Shown in pieces: positions 34,597 to 51,120 of a DNA stretch of 64,000 bases (its first letter is position 1; each line of letters begins with the position of its first letter). A model generated the notes under the pieces. The model saw only the letters and a list, made by a program, of their open reading frames with translations, was not told the DNA's origin and did no database searches. The DNA comes from Octopus sinensis (Eukaryota): assembly GCF_006345805.1 (NCBI RefSeq), contig NC_043020.1, forward strand, positions 12,462,001-12,526,000, given 5' to 3'. The position numbers and the translations under genes are program-made.

Positions 34597-35125
34597 GTAG
34601 ATACCATCAGCTTCACGATTACGGAGGTAAACCTCCTTTGGAGAATAACATCTAGCTTGAACTGCAGTGGTCAGTTAGGCATACTTCTTCCAGGAGCATC
34701 AAGCAATACTAGCCAAAAGGAGAAAAAATATATTCGGAGGGGGAAAAAAAAAGCCCGATAGAGAAGCTTTGATTCGAAAGGACTCATCGAAAGAAATAAC
34801 AGTACCGAGGAAGAGGCTCGCTCCAGGTTGCATTAATCTATCCAGGTATAATCCGTCTGTCTTCACTTTTTTTCCACCCGTGTGTTTCTATTTAAATTTT
34901 CGGAACACACACACAAATACATACACACACACAAATACAGCACACACATGCAAGCGCGCACACACAGACATGTATATGGACAGGTAGGTTGATATATGGA
35001 CAGGTTGATATACATATGAACAAGTAGGTCGATATACACACACACCTTGTCAGCACTAATTTCGATCAGACTTATTTTCTCTCGCTTACTCTCTTTTTCT
35101 ATCTGTCTCTCTGTCGATCTTTCTT

Positions 35126-35211
<86 letters not shown>

Positions 35212-35354
35212 GTCTGGAGACGATCAAGAGGTGGTATTCATCAACTTTTAGACCTTATATTATGTCATTTATATATATATATATATAATATATATTATAA
35301 TATACACACATCCTATGTAATATATACATACATGCATATATATATATGTATATA

Positions 35355-35391
<37 letters not shown>

Positions 35392-35570
35392 GATATATAA
35401 TATATATATATACATGTGTGTATATATATACATATATTTATGTTTACGTTCTTGTCCCAGTTTGTATTTTCTACATATAATATTATATCTATACACATAC
35501 ATACATATGTAATATACACACACATACATACATACATACATACATACATTCATCACACATACATACATCA

Positions 35571-35620
<50 letters not shown>

Positions 35621-35667
35621 AACACATCCATATGTAATTTATACATACATGCATATATATATATGTA

Positions 35668-35706
<39 letters not shown>

Positions 35707-35887
35707 TATATATATAATATATATATATACATGTGTGTATATATATACATATATTATGTTTTACGTTCTTGTCCCAGTGTATTTTCTACATATAATATAT
35801 ATATATATACACATACATACATATGTAATATACACACACATACATACATACATACATACATACATTCATACACACATACATACATCA

Positions 35888-35950
<63 letters not shown>

Positions 35951-35954
<4 letters not shown>

Positions 35955-37962
35955 GGTATGTAGAAAAATACAACATGGACAAGAACGTATAACTCTTACA
36001 AGACGATACAAAAACATGGACAGGACATTCGAACCCCTCAGTCTTCAGTCAAGAACCGGATCATCGTAGTAATTTCGGCTGATTAATCTTGAGATTACTA
36101 GATCACGGCCAGCCCTCCAAGAAAAACTAAGCAACGAGCATTAGAAAAACTAAGCTGGAAGCGTAGATTTCTGGAAGAAGGATCGAATGCATACGAACAC
36201 CAGGACAGCAAAAGGGACAGATATAAAAAAAACAAAAAACAATAATGGAATACAGAAACATGAAATACAAGCATTAACGGTGAAAACAACAAGTGTCTTA
36301 CGACTGATAACAGCAAACAATTTTTTCTCTGGCGCATTGGAAAAAGCCTTTATAGCGGCGGACGAAAAACAACGATGTTAACACGACGAGGGTCAGGAGC
36401 TGAAAGGCAGATTTCGGCCAACAGTCACGTGACAGAGAAGAGGAAAAGAAAAGAAAGAGAAGCAAAGGAAGAGAGAGAGAGAAGGGGGACAAAACGCAAC
36501 AAAGAGAGAAGAGAGAGAGAAAGAAGGAATCAGAGAGGAGAAGGGATGGGTGTCGAAGAATGACCTGTGAGTGCAGAGCGAGACAAAGAAATAGGAGGTA
36601 GTGGAAGACTAGACCAAAGGATCAGAGGAAAGAGAGATGAATAGAGAAAAAGAGAGAGAGAGGGGGACAGATCAAGTAAAAATGAGAGAGAGAGAGAGAC
36701 AAACAGAGAGTCGTACCAATTATTAAGAATATGTGTTCACATAATGATAAGGGGGGTACGGGGCGCCTGGAATATATGTTAAGGTATGTAGAAAAATACA
36801 ACATGGACAAGAACGTATAACTCTTAGAAGACGATACAATAAACATGGACAGGACATTCGAACCCCTCAGTCTTCAGTCAAGAACCGGATCATCGTCGTA
36901 ATTTCGGCTGATTAATCTTGAGATTACTAGATCACGGCCAGCCCTCCAAGAAAAACTAAGCAACGAGCATTAGAAAAACTAAGCTGGAAGCGTAGATTTC
37001 CTGGAAGAAGGATCGAATGCATACGAACACCAGGACAGCAAAAGGAGACAGATATAAAAAAAAACAAAAAACAATAATGGAATACAGAAACATGAAATAC
37101 AGAAGCATTAACGGTGAAAACAACAAGTGTCTTACGACTGATAACAAGCAAAAAAATTTTTTCTCTGGCGCATTGGAAAAAGCCTTTATAGCGGCGGACG
37201 AAAACAACGATGTTAACACGACGAGGGTCAGGAGCTGAAAGGCAGATTTCGGCAACAGTCACGTGACAGAGAAGAGGGAAAAGAAAAAAGAGAAGCAAAG
37301 GAGAGAGAGAGAGAAGGGGACAAAACGCAACAAAGAGAGAGAAGAGAGAGAAAGAAGGAATCAGAGAGGAGAGAGGGATGGTGTCGAAGAATGACCTGTG
37401 AGTGCAGAGCGAGACAAAGAAATAGGAGGGTAGTGGAAGACTAGACCAAAGGATCAGAGGAAAGAGAAGATGAATAGAGAAAAGAGAGAGAGAGGGGGAC
37501 AGATCAAGTAAAAATGAGAGAGAGAGAGAGACAAACAGAGAATCGTACCATATTAAGAATATGTGTTCACATTAATGATAAGGGGGGTACGGGGCGTTGG
37601 AATATATGTTAAGGTATGTAGAAAAATACAACATGGACAAGAACGTATAACTCTTACAAGACGATACAATAAACATGGACAGGACATTCGAAACCCTCAG
37701 TCTTCAGTCAAGAACCGGATCATCGTAGTAATTTCGGCTGATTAATCTTGAGATTACTAGATCACGGCCAGCCCTCCAAGAAAAATAAGCAACGAGCATT
37801 AGAAAAACTAAGCTGGAAGCGTAGATTTCCTGGAAGAGGAGAATCGAAGCATACAAACACCAGGACAGCAGCAAAGGGACAGATATAAAAAAAAAACAAA
37901 AAACAATAATGGAATACAGAAACATGAAATACAGAAGCATTAACGGTGAAAACAACAAGTGT
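35951..37962. mobile_element. Same ~830-bp tandem array, copy B
   Basis: Offset 21956 from copy A. Confidence 0.6.
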
Positions 37963-38491
37963 GTATTGGTGTGTGTGTGTGTGTGTCCCACCCCTGACTT
38001 TGTTTCCGTCTAACTTTCGGTAAAATGGATATTTTTCAAAGATATTTTCTACAAATGAGCTTCAGATGGTGTATTGGAATTTGTGCGCTGAAGTTTTTCT
38101 GGCTGTGGTGTGAGGATTTTCCGAAAATTCAGAAGAGTCGGCTTCATTTTCTCAGAAACGTTTAGAAAAATAGTTTTATTTTAAAATAAAATTTGCCACA
38201 AATACCTTTCTGGCGTGTGCAAACTAGGATTATATGAGAATTTAATGTAAGAAAAAAGGTGAGAAAAGATGGACACGCACACACATTCATACTCGTAAAC
38301 ATCACAATTTTCTTCGAAATTTCCCGTTTCATTTTCGAGATATATATGTGTAAGTGTAAAACAGGTTCACACCACCCACTTCCTGGTTTTTTTGTCCGAA
38401 GAAATTTTGATGTGGGAAATTACGATTTTTACCCCAAATCAAGTTTAATTTAAGAAAAGCGGTGAAAAAAGTTTGGGTATGTATACTGACA

Positions 38492-38958
38492 TCTATATCT
38501 ATAAAACTGTAGTTGTGTGAGTGTCTGTCCCCTTCGATTTAGATTCCTAACTACTCCCACATTTTGCGGTGCAATTTAACCAAATTCGGGTATCTTATAG
38601 TCGTGATTCATATCGAGCCCGTCTGGGTATTAGCGCGCGTCTACGATGAGTCTACGATTTTAAAAATAATTTAACATCATTTTTTATTCCATTTTAATGC
38701 ATAATTTTTCGTGTGTCGATGGCGGCGGAGTTGGCGTCCACGCTCAAACACCTGCACCTGTGTTTGCTTCTCCCCTTTCTTCCCTCCCTCGTGAAGCTGT
38801 GGGGAAGGGAGTGTAAGGAAATCAACGTCGTAAAGCGCTGTCAAGGAGACCAGCGTTCTTTTAGAACAACGACTTCATGGCTTGAAGACACCAAAGCAGA
38901 ATTGGCATCTATAAGGGAAGTAACTCTCTAAAAATGCAACGCCGGGCGATACTGCTAG
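38492..38958 (+). mobile_element. Helitron, copy B
   Basis: Offset 21956. Confidence 0.88.
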
Positions 38959-39762
38959 TATATTACAATATTCTTCGAAATATCTAGTTTCATGTAGTAG
39001 GTATATGTGATATGTGTTCAGGATATATATATGTACCATTTTTTCTCGTCCTGGTGCGCCGGATCCAGTGGCAAGACAAAGTCAAGACGGCTGGGGGTAG
39101 ACCAGGTTGCAGGAGCTGCCGGAAGGTGGCATGCATGGCGCAATCCAACCGCCTTAGGGGCTCCACTCTGGGTTTTGGATGGCCATTGACTCATGAGAGA
39201 GTTCCTCTGCCCTTTGTCAGGTTTTGCTTTTAGTCCTGCTGGGTGTCCAAATCACCCTCCTTACCAAGAAATCTTGGTGGGGTTGCCAGTTTAGTCGCCA
39301 ACGACCCGACCATGTAACAGGTTGTCCTGGGTTACATGTTACCAGTAGCTCCAAGGTTGGGTACGTATACTGACATATATTACAATTTTCTTCGAAATAT
39401 CTAGTTTCATATAGTAGGTATATGTGATATGTGTTCAGGATATATATATGTACCCTTTAGTTTTTTATTGTCACTTCTAGTATAATCGTGTCCGACACGT
39501 GTGAATTTTCTGAAACTGTTCTCCCCACACCTCTCTTTTGCTCTTTTACTCTTTTACTGGTTTCAGTCATTTGACTGCGGCCATGCTGGAGCACCGCCTT
39601 TAGTAGAGCAAATCTACCCCCGGGACTTATTCTTTGTAAGCCCAGTACTTACTCTATCGGTCTATTTTGCCGAACCGCTAAGTGACGGGGACGTAAACAC
39701 ACCAGCATCGGTTGTCAAGCAATGCTAGGGGGACAAACACAGACACACAAACACACTCATAC

Positions 39763-39832
<70 letters not shown>

Positions 39833-39952
39833 TTTAAGCAGCAGAAAATTCAACAATTTGCTGCTTAAAATAAAGCATATTACTCTACCACTGGTATTTG
39901 AGTACTCTTTTTTCCACCTTGTTTCACATTTATGTGTTTACTCCGGTATATA

Positions 39953-40019
<67 letters not shown>

Positions 40020-42714
40020 GACAGGCTTCTTTCAGTTTCCGTCTACCAAATCCACTCACAAGACATTGGTCGGCCCCGGGCTATAGCAGAAGACACTTGC
40101 CCAAAATACCACGCAGTGGGACTGAACCCGGAAACATGTGGTTGGTTAGAAAGCTACTTACCACACAGCCACTCCTGCGCCTATAATTTACACCTGGTAA
40201 TTTTTTGTTTCTTTTCATAATACAATCGAAATAAACACTATCTGAAACGTATTTATAAAAAAATGTCATTAAAAAATACCCATATTTTCAAAGTTATGAA
40301 GAAGCAAAGTCAGTGCGTGGGGTACACACTTGTGTAGAGTTTACATGGTTGTTAAAATTTTTGTGCACTAGATTGATTATGCTTCTACTATACACAAAAC
40401 AATTTTTATAGTTAGCTAGTTTGGCCGTCTGCCCGGACACTTGAATGCTGTTACGTGAGCACGCCATCCATCACAGTCCTCCATGCATGTTCTTAATTCG
40501 TTAACGTTTGCCATTCTACTGTCCTGAAGCAAGGTGTCCACATAGGTTAGACATCTTCTTCCCCTGTTGATCCTTCCTTCAACTGACTGCCACGTGACTA
40601 GTTGATACACAGATTCTTCTGACTGCCAGCAATTTCCATTCTTCTCTACTGGATCTTCTCAGTCACTTTGGGTAGATCTTACTCCCAGAGCAGCTTTATG
40701 AAGAGGATCTACAAAGACTAGGGAGAAGTGAAGCTAACATGCTCTGTATGATGTGAAGTGCCATCCTGAAAGTATGACAAAGTTATAGGAGCACTCCGTC
40801 GGTTACCACGATGAGGGTCCCAGCTGATACGATCAACGGAACAGCTTGCTCGTGGAATTAACGTGCAAGTGGCTGAGCACTCCACAGACACGTGTACCCT
40901 TAACGTAGTTCTCGGGGAGATTCAGCGTGACACAGAGTGTGACAAGGCTGGCCCTTTGAAATACAGGTACAACAGAAACAGGAAGAAAGAGTGAGAGAAA
41001 GTTGTGGTGAAAGAGTACAGCAGGGTTCACCCCCCCCCTGCAGGAGCGTTGTGAAGCTTTAGGTGTTTTCGCTCAATAAACACTCACAATGTCCGGTCTG
41101 GGAATCGAAACCGCGATCCTACGACCGCGAGTCTGCTGCCCTAACCACTGGGCCATTGTGCCTCCACTATGACAAAGTACAGATTGGTTGAGACAGGAAT
41201 CAGATATTATTGTGCAAGGATGTGACATGCAAGAGAGACGTTTGCGCTAGTATGGTCATGTACTACGGATGAATGAGGAGAGATGTGTGAAGAAGTACCA
41301 CTCCCAAACAGTTGAAGGAATCTGAGGTAGAGGTGGACCCAGGAAGACATGGAATGAGGTGATCAAGCTTGACCTTCGAACGTTGGGCCTCACAGAAGCA
41401 ATGACGAAAGACCTCTGGAGATATGCTGTGACTGCGAAGACGAAATAGTGCTAAGCATTTTGCCCGGTATGTTAACGTTTCTGCCAGCTCGCCACCTTTC
41501 ATACAATATTTCACACAAGATGCCATCCATTAGAATCCCCCATGCATGTTCTTAATTCGTTGACATTTACCATTCTACTGTCCTGAAGCAAGGTGTCCAC
41601 ATAGGTTAGACATCTTCTTCCCCTGTTCATCCTTCCTTCAACTGACTGCCACGAGACCAGTTGATACACTGATTCTTCTGACTGCCTGACGCAACGACCA
41701 GCAATTCCATTCTTCTCTAATGGATCTTCTCAGTCACTTTGGATAGATTTTGATAAAGCTGCTCGTTGGTTAAATGAGCTCTCCATGTAGCATTCAGATC
41801 CATTCTTAACATTCTTGCGTAGCAACCGTCTATTTGTTTCTCAAGCCTTCTGGTGAGGGTTCAAGCTTTAGCACCGTATATATTTCTTTACTACCCATAA
41901 GGGGCTAAACATAGAGGGGACAAACAAGGACAGACAAACGGATTAAGTCGATTACATCGACCCCAGTGCGAAACTGGTACTTTATTTATCGACCCCGAGG
42001 GGATGAAAGGCAATGTCGACCTCGGCGGAATTTGAACTCAGAACGTAACGACAGACGAAATACCCATTTCTCTATTACCCACAAGGGGCTAAACATAGAG
42101 GGGACAAACAAGGACAGACAAACGGATTAAGTCGATTACATCGACCCCAGTGCATAACTGGTACTTAATTTATCGACCCCGAGGGTATGAAAGGCAATGT
42201 CGACCTCGGCGGAATTTGAACTCAGAACGTAACGACAGACGAAATACCGCTAAGCATTTCGCCCGGCGCGCTAACGTTTCTGCCAGCTCGCCGCCTTTTC
42301 TTCAGCACCGTATAACAAAACTGAATCTACCGTGGAGATAAAAAAAATAATTTTCAATTCATGTGTCAACCTAGAACTTCAGATCTTACGCAGTTTGTGA
42401 TTTTTATAAATTCCTAATAATTAAGATCTAAAATGTGAGATCATCTTTACCCTGATGACAGAGTCCCGTCTTATCCAATGTCAATTGCATCCATACGGCC
42501 GCATATTGTGATGAACTAAATCTACCAGCATTATTATGGACCGAATCCCCAGAAACAGATGTTGGGCTTATATCACCCTTCTTACATCCTTTTAATTTTC
42601 TCTGTCGTTTGTACTCCGTGAAAGTTGGACCTAGTTTATACTTACATGTTTATACTTAAAAATTCATCATCTGAAAGTCTTCACCTCTTGCTTTCTCTCG
42701 TTTTGTGTGTGTAC

Positions 42715-42745
<31 letters not shown>

Positions 42746-42948
42746 GAAGGTTTACGAAAATAAACAAAAGACGAAGGCAGGTGGAGTACAAACAAACAAA
42801 TGTATTAGTATGGCGCTCAGGAATCGAAATATAACGAGTATTTTACGTTTCGAGCCTACGCTCTTCGACAGAAAGATACACAGAAAAGAAACAAGGAGAG
42901 AAACAAATTGCGTGTAGGAGCTAACGATCCAACATGGCGTTCACTATA

Positions 42949-43012
<64 letters not shown>

Positions 43013-43297
43013 AAATGAAGAAAATGCTGACAAAATAATTTAAGTAATTTAAGTAATTTAATTAGGTGAAAGTTCTTTTTAGCGGTTGCGCATTTGTTAT
43101 GCTTATCAAAAGATAGATTTTTTCCTCTTATCTCTTTCCAGATAAGAGGAAAAAATCTATCTTTTGATAAGCATAGCAAATGCGCAACCGGTAAAAAGAA
43201 CTTCACCTAATTAAATGACTTAAATTACTTAAATTATTTTGTCAACATTTTCTTCATTTCCTTTTTTATATATCACAACTCGTGTTCCACATCTCCT

Positions 43298-43342
<45 letters not shown>

Positions 43343-45223
43343 ATTTCATACTCAAACTAATACATTTAATATATTTGATGTATCCAATTTGCCTGGTGGG
43401 GGAGAGAAAGAGAAAATTTAGGAGTGTTAGGAAATTAGAATTAGGATAAAAGAAGAAAAGAAGAAAGAGAGAGAGAGAGAATAGAGTTTTACTGTTGAGT
43501 CATGAACTATCAATTTACCTGGAGCTATTATGTTCTCTCCACTGCCCTCTCGTTCTCCTCTCCTTCTTCTCATTCTCCCTCTCTTTCTTCTTGTCTCCTT
43601 TTCTCCTAACCCTCCTAAATTTTCTCTTTCTCTCCCCCACCAGGCAATTTAGATACATCAAATATATTAAATGTATTTGTTTGAGTATGAAATACTTTAA
43701 CCCTTTAACTCTTTTTAAATGTATATACAGGATGTCCCAATAACTTACAGTTGACCTAATAAATTACCCCAGTCTATATTCACAAAACCTTCGCCTGACA
43801 AGCTTCGATTTTACAAATTTTTTTCTCCTACTCCCCCACCTCTCCTTTTCTTTATTCTTATTTTTTTTCTTAACACCTTCAGACATTTTCCCACTTCCAT
43901 ATATTGGGTCAATAAATACTTGGCAGTACATTTTTAATCAACCAAATATGAACCATTTTGTTGCACAATGCGTCGCCATCTTTCCTTTAACTTGAAAATA
44001 CCCTCGTCCCAGAACTAAGGTGGTTTACTCTTTTACTCTTTACTCTTTTACTTGTTTCAGTCATTTGACTGCGGCCATGCTGGAGCACCGCCTTTAGTAG
44101 AGCAAATCGACCCCGGGACTTATTCTTTGTAAGCCCAGTACTTATTCTATCGGTCTCTTTTGCCGAACCGCTAAGTGACAGGTTTCATGGCAAAGAATTC
44201 ATCAAAGTACCAAGGAAATGAAATTTTTACCATTAAGACTGTTCTGTAGAGCCCTGAATAAGTGGAAATCCGATGGAGCAATATCTGGTGAATATGGAGG
44301 GTGGGGTAACACATCCCAGTCGAGCCGCAGCAATTTTTGTCTGGTTCCCAAAGCATCAAGTGGCGAAGATGAACTTTCTTATCTTCCATTTTAAAGGGTT
44401 ACAGAATTAACACAGGTTGTAGGAAGATAAACCTTCTTCCACGAAAAGATAGTTTAAACTGTGCTCTAAATAGAGGTGTAGTCAAATCCTATTTTGTGGA
44501 TTCAACCATGTTCTAAAATAAGTCGAAAGGTAAGCTACTATAAATCGGTACGAACTTTCCGGACAACCCAATATTATTTCTTCACTCATAGGCTTTTCGT
44601 TTCTTTTCTGTTCTTTCACTTCGTGTTTTCCAGGACAAGTAAACACAGAGAATGGACCCTTCATCAGTTGTCAGCTGTCTAGCTACTCCTCATTTCGAGC
44701 ATTCAGCGGCAATACACGCACACTGAGGAACAGCACTAATTTCAGTCAGCTATCTTCTCTCTCGATCTATCTATTGATCTATCGGTTCACTTCTCAGGCA
44801 GTATACTCTAGCTACGTCCTTCTTTCAAATTTGGTGTAGCAAAAGATTTGGCCCTTCGTTGCGAGAGGAGTGCAAGTGTTAAGAGTAAACGGATCGACAG
44901 AAGTCTGTGATGGAGTCATAGAAAGGCGAAGGGGTGGTACAGAACGAGAGCTAACTGAGAGATAGTTACCAATGGCTGTAGAAGTTGGGTGGCCACAAGA
45001 AGCAGAAGATGAATTATAAGAAATTATAAGAAATTTGAATTAGAGTACTGGAAGTCTTGTTTGCATACGACTCTTACGATTTTTTTTCAGCGTATAATAC
45101 CAAATTTGGTATGAGGGTTTTTCATTAATCGGGGAAGATTGTAGTGGGTCAAATTTTGGCCCTTGCACATATAGAGGTCTGTAGCCGCCCCCACAAGACC
45201 CTTCCGATTTCTTTGCAACGGTA

Positions 45224-48200
45224 AAATAGTTTCACTTATATTCTTTCATTTCTCATAAAACTATAGTTTCATTCTATTCTTTCATTTCTCATAAAACTAT
45301 AGTTTCATTCTATTCTTTCATTTCTCATAAAACTATAGTTTCATTCTATTCTTTCATTTCTCATAAGACTATAGTTTCATTCTATTCTTTCATTTCTCAT
45401 AAAACTATAGTTTCATTCTATTCTTTCACTTCTCATAAAACTATAGTTTCATTCTATTCTTTCACTTCTCATAAAACTATAGTTTCATTCTATTCTTTCA
45501 TTTCTCATAAAACTATAGTTTCATTCTATTCTTTCACTTCTCATAAAACTATAGTTTCATTCTATTCTTTCATTTCTCATAAAACTATAGTTTCATTCTA
45601 TTCTTTCACTTCTCATAAAACTATAGTTTCATTCTATTCTTTCACTTCTCATAAAACTATAGTTTCATTCTATTCTTTCACTTCTCATAAAACTATAGTT
45701 TCATTCTATTCTTTCACTTCTCATAAAACTATAGTTTCATTCTATTCTTTCACTTCTCATAAAACTATAGTTTCATTCTATTCTTTCATTTCTCATAAAA
45801 CTATAGTTTCATTCTATTCTTTCATTTCTCATAAAACTATAGTTTCATTCTATTCTTTCATTTCTCATAAAACTATAGTTTCATTCTATTCTTTCACTTC
45901 TCATAAAACTATAGTTTCATTCTATTCTTTCACTTCTCATAAACATAGTTTCATTCTTATTCTTTCATTTCTCATAAAACTATAGTTTCATTCTATTTTT
46001 CCTTCTCATAAAACTATAGTTTCATTCTATTCTTTCACTTCTCATAAAACTATAGTTTCATTCTATTCTTTCACTTCTCATAAAACTATAGTTTCATTCT
46101 ATTCTTTCATTTCATTCTCATAAAACTACTATAGTTTCATTCTATTCTTTCATTTCTCATAAAACTATAGTTCATTCTATTCTTTCATTTCTCAATAAAA
46201 CTGTAGTTTCATTCTATTCTTTCACTTCTCATAAAACTATAGTTCATTCTATTCTTTCACTTTTCATAAAACTATAGTTTCATTCTATTCTTTCATTCTC
46301 ATAAAACTATAGTTTCATTCTATTCTTTCATTTCTCATAAAACTGTAGTTTCATTCTATTCTTTCACTTCTCATAAAACTATAGTTTCATTCTATTCTTT
46401 CACTTCTCATAAAACTATAGTTTCATTCTATTCTTTCACTTCTCATAAAACTATAGTTTCATTCTATTCTTTCACTTCTCATAAAACTATAGTTTCATTC
46501 TATTCTTTCACTTCTCTCATAAAACTATAGTTACATTCTATTCTTTCACTTCTCATAAAACTATAGTTTCATTCTATATTCTTTCATTTCTCATAAAACT
46601 ATAGTTTCATTCTATTCTTTCACTTCTCATAAAACTATAGTTTCATTCTATTCTTTCATTTCTCATAAAACTATAGTTTCATTCTATTCTTTCACTTCTC
46701 ATAAAACTATAGTTTCATTCTATCTTTTCATTTCTCATAAAACTATAGTTTCATTCTATTCTTTCACTTCTCATAAAACTATAGTTCCATTCTATTGTTT
46801 CACTTCTCATAAAACTATAGTTTCATTCTATTCTTTCATTCTCATCATAAAACTATAGTTTCATTCTATTCTTTCATTTCTCATAAAACTATAGTTTCAT
46901 TCTATTCTTTCATTTCTTATAAAACTATAGTTTCATTCTATTCTTTCATTTCTCATAAAACTATAGTTTCATTCTATTCTTCATTTCTCATAAAACTATA
47001 GTTTCATTCTATTCTTTCATTTCTCATAAAACTATAGTTTCATTCTATTCTTTCACTTCTCATAAAACTATAGTTTCATTCTATTCTTTCATTTCTCATA
47101 AAACTATAGTTTCATTCTTCTATTCTTTCATTTCTCATAAAACTATAGTTTCATTCTATTCTTTCATTTCTCATAAAACTATAGTTTCATTCTATTCTTT
47201 CATTTCTCATAAAACTATAGTTTCATTCTATTCTTTCATTTCTCATAAAACTATAGTTTCATTCTATTCTTTCATTTCTCATAAAACTATAGTTTCATTC
47301 TATTCTTTCACTTCTCATAAAACTATAGTTTCATTCTATTCTTTCATTTCTCATAAAACTATAGTTTCATTCTATTCTTTCACTTTTCATAAAACTATAG
47401 TTTCATTCTATTCTTTCATTTCTCATAAAACTATAGTTTCATTCTATTCTTTCACTTTTCATAAAACTATAGTTTCATTCTATTCTTTCATTTCTCATAA
47501 AACTATAGTTTCATTCTATTCTTTCACTTCTCATAAAACTATAGTTTCATTCTATTCTTTCATTTCTCATAAAACTATAGTTTCATTCTATTCTTTCACT
47601 TCTCATAAAACTATAGTTTCATTCTATTCTTTCATTTCTCATAAAACTATAGTTCCATTCTATTCTTTCACTTCTCATAAAACTATAGTTTCATTCTATT
47701 CTTTCATTTCTCATAAAACTATAGTTTCATTCTATTCTTTCATTTCTCATAAAACTATAGTTTCATTCTATTCTTTCATTTCTCATAAAACTATAGTTTC
47801 ATTCTATTCTTTCATTTCTCATAAAACTATAGTTTCATTCTATTCTTTCATTTCTCATAAAACTATAGTTTCATTCTATTCTTTCATTTCTCATAAAACT
47901 ATAGTTTCATTCTATTCTTTCACTTTTCATAAAACTATAGTTTCATTCTATCTTTCATTTCTCATAAAACTATAGTTTCATTCTATTCTTTCATTTCTCA
48001 TAAAACTATAGTTTCATTCTATTCTTTCAATTCTCATAAAACTATAGTTTCATTCTATTCTTTCACTTCTCATAAAACTATAGTTTCATTCTATTCTTTC
48101 ATTTCTCATAAAACTATAGTTTCATTCTATTCTTTCATTTCTCATAAAACTATAGTTTCATTCTATTCTTTCACTTCTCATAAAACTACAGTTTCATTCT

Positions 48201-50425
48201 ATTCTTTCATTTCTCATAAAACTATAGTTTCATTCTATTCTTTCTTCTCATAAAACTATAGTTTCATTCTATTCTTTCATTTCTCATAAAACTATAGTTT
48301 CATTCTATTCTTTCATTTCTCATAAAACTATAGTTTCATTCTATTCTTTCACTTCTCATAAAACTATAGTTTCATTCTATTCTTTCATTTCTCATAAAAC
48401 TATAGTTTCATTCTATTCTTTCATTTCTCATAAAACTATAGTTTCATTCTATTCTTTCATTTCTCATAAAACTATAGTTTCATTCTATTCTTTCACTCTC
48501 ATAAAACTATAGTTTCATTCTATTCTTTCATTTCTCATAAAACTATAGTTTCATTCTATTCTTTCATTTCTCATAAAACTATAGTTTCATTCTATTCTTT
48601 CACTTCTCATAAAACTATAGTTTCATTCTATTCTTTCATTCTCATAAAACTATAGTTTCATTCTATTCTTTCATTTTCATAAAACTATAGTTTCATTCTA
48701 TTCTTTCATTTCTCATAAAACTATAGTTTCATTCTATTCTTTCATTTCTCATAAAACTATAGTTTCATTCTATTCTTTCACTTCTCATAAAACTATAGTT
48801 TCATTCTATTCTTTCATTTCTCATAAAACTATAGTTTCATTCTATTCTTTCATTTCTCATAAAACTATAGTTTCATTCTATTCTTTCACTTCTCATAAAA
48901 CTATAGTTTCATTCTATTCTTTCATTTCTCATAAAACTATAGTTTCATTCTATTCTTTCATTTCTCATAAAACTATAGTTTCATTCTATTCTTTCATTTC
49001 TCATAAAACTATAGTTTCATTCTATTCTTTCATTTCTCATAAAACTATAGTTTCATTCTATTCTTTCACTTCTCATAAAACTATAGTTTCATTCTATTCT
49101 TTCATTCTCATAAAACTATAGTTTCATTCTATTCTTTCATTTCTCATAAAACTATAGTTTCATTCTATTCTTTCATTTCTCATAAAACTATAGTTTCATT
49201 CTATTCTTTCACTTCTCATAAAACTATAGTTTCATTCTATTCTTTCATTTCTCATAAAACTATAGTTTCATTCTATTTTTCATTTCTCATAAAACTATAG
49301 TTTCATTCTATTCTTTCATTTCTCATAAAACTATAGTTTCATTCTATTCTTTCATTTCTCATAAAACTATAGTTTCATTCTATTCTTTCATTTCTCATAA
49401 AACTATAGTTTCATTCTATTCTTTCATTTCTCATAAAACTATAGTTTCATTCTATTCTTTCATTTCTCATAAAACTATAGTTTCATTCTATTCTTTCATT
49501 TCTCATAAAACTATAGTTTCATTCTATTCTTTCATTTCTCATAAAACTATAGTTTCATTCTATTCTTTCACTTCTCATATAACTATAGTTTCATTCTATT
49601 CTTTCATTTCTCATAAAACTATAGTTTCATTCTATTCTTTCATTTCTCATAAAACTATAGTTTCATTCTATTCTTTCATTTCTCATAAAACTATAGTTTC
49701 ATTCTATTCTTTCATTTCTCATAAAACTATAGTTTCATTCTATTCTTTCATTTCTCCTAAAACTATAGTTTCATTCTATTCTTTCATTTCTCATAAAACT
49801 ATAGTTTCATTCTATTCTTTCATTTCTCATAAAACTATAGTTTCATTCTATTCTTTCATTTCTCATAAAACTATAGTTTCATTCTATCTTTCACTTCTCA
49901 TAAAACTATAGTTTCATTCTATTCTTTCATTTCTCATAAAACTATAGTTTCATTCTATTCTTTCATTTCTCATAAAACTATAGTTTCATTCTATTCTTTC
50001 ATTTCTCATAAAACTATAGTTTCATTCTATTCTTTCATTTCTCATAAAACTATAGTTTCATTCTATTCTTTCATTTCTCATAAAACTATAGTTTCATTCT
50101 ATTCTTTCATTTCTCATAAAACTATAGTTTCATTCTATTCTTTCATTTCTCATAAAACTATAGTTTCATTCTATTCTTTCATTTCTCATAAAACTATAGT
50201 TTCATTCTATTCTTTCATTTCTCATAAAACTATAGTTTCATTCTATTCTTTCATTTCTCATAAAACTATAGTTTCATTCTATTCTTTCACTTTTCATAAA
50301 ACTATAGTTTCATTCTATTCTTTCACTTTTCATAAAACTATAGTTTCATTCTATTCTTTCACTTTTCATAAAACTATAATATTGTTTCGCTTTTATTCTT
50401 TCACTTTTCATAAAACTATAATATT
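45224..50425. repeat. 36-bp satellite array, copy B
   Basis: Same variant order as copy A. Confidence 0.97.
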
Positions 50426-51071
50426 GTTTCACTTTTCTACTTTCACTGATTGCTTCACTCGTATTCTTACTGTCTGTGTGTATGTGTGTGTGTGTTTCCT
50501 CTATGCATGGCTAAACCGCTGGATAAATTTGAACCAAATTTGGCGGTCTGGAAATTACGTCGGTTTTGTTTTATCGTTTTATGGTAAAAGAAGCTCTGTG
50601 GTGGCACCGTCTGAAAGGTTTGAAGACTGACATTTTCCTATCTGATCGAGCTCTCATCAACTTTTTAAAATATTCTTTGAGGAAGAATGTGAGAGCAGAG
50701 AAGGAGGTGGTGCTTTGAAAAGTGGGTGGGAGCGGTAAGAATGGTGATGCTGCACCGACCTACTCTGAGAATGCTTTTCTAATATGAAGAAAAGAAACTG
50801 GATAATGACGCTTCCCTTGGTAGAATAAAGGGCTTTTCGTTTTGGACTTTTCTTGAATTACCCTAAGAGGACCACCCTGCTATTGGCCAGTCTGTTTATT
50901 AATTACTTGTTTTCCTAATTTTCCTTCTTGTATCCTTTTGTTATATTCTTAATGTGCCTCCTCTTGATCGATGCAAACCTCACCTGTTTTGCATTGCATC
51001 TCGTCCTTTGATATTGTCCTTCCACGTTTTGAGTCCTTGTGGCCAATAAAAGAAAGCTTAATGATCATCAC

Positions 51072-51120
<49 letters not shown>

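Larger units (their letters stand above)
12824..34781 (+). repeat. ~22-kb tandem segmental repeat, copy A (left end hidden in the gap)
   Basis: actcatcgaaagaaataacag at 12824 recurs at 34782 and 56962; ORF coordinates recur at offsets of 21956-21986. Confidence 0.97.

Noticed and set aside
34620-34860. Possible non-coding first exon or promoter of SLCO (cag|gtataa)
   Set aside because: Only a weak donor-like motif; unsupported without transcript data
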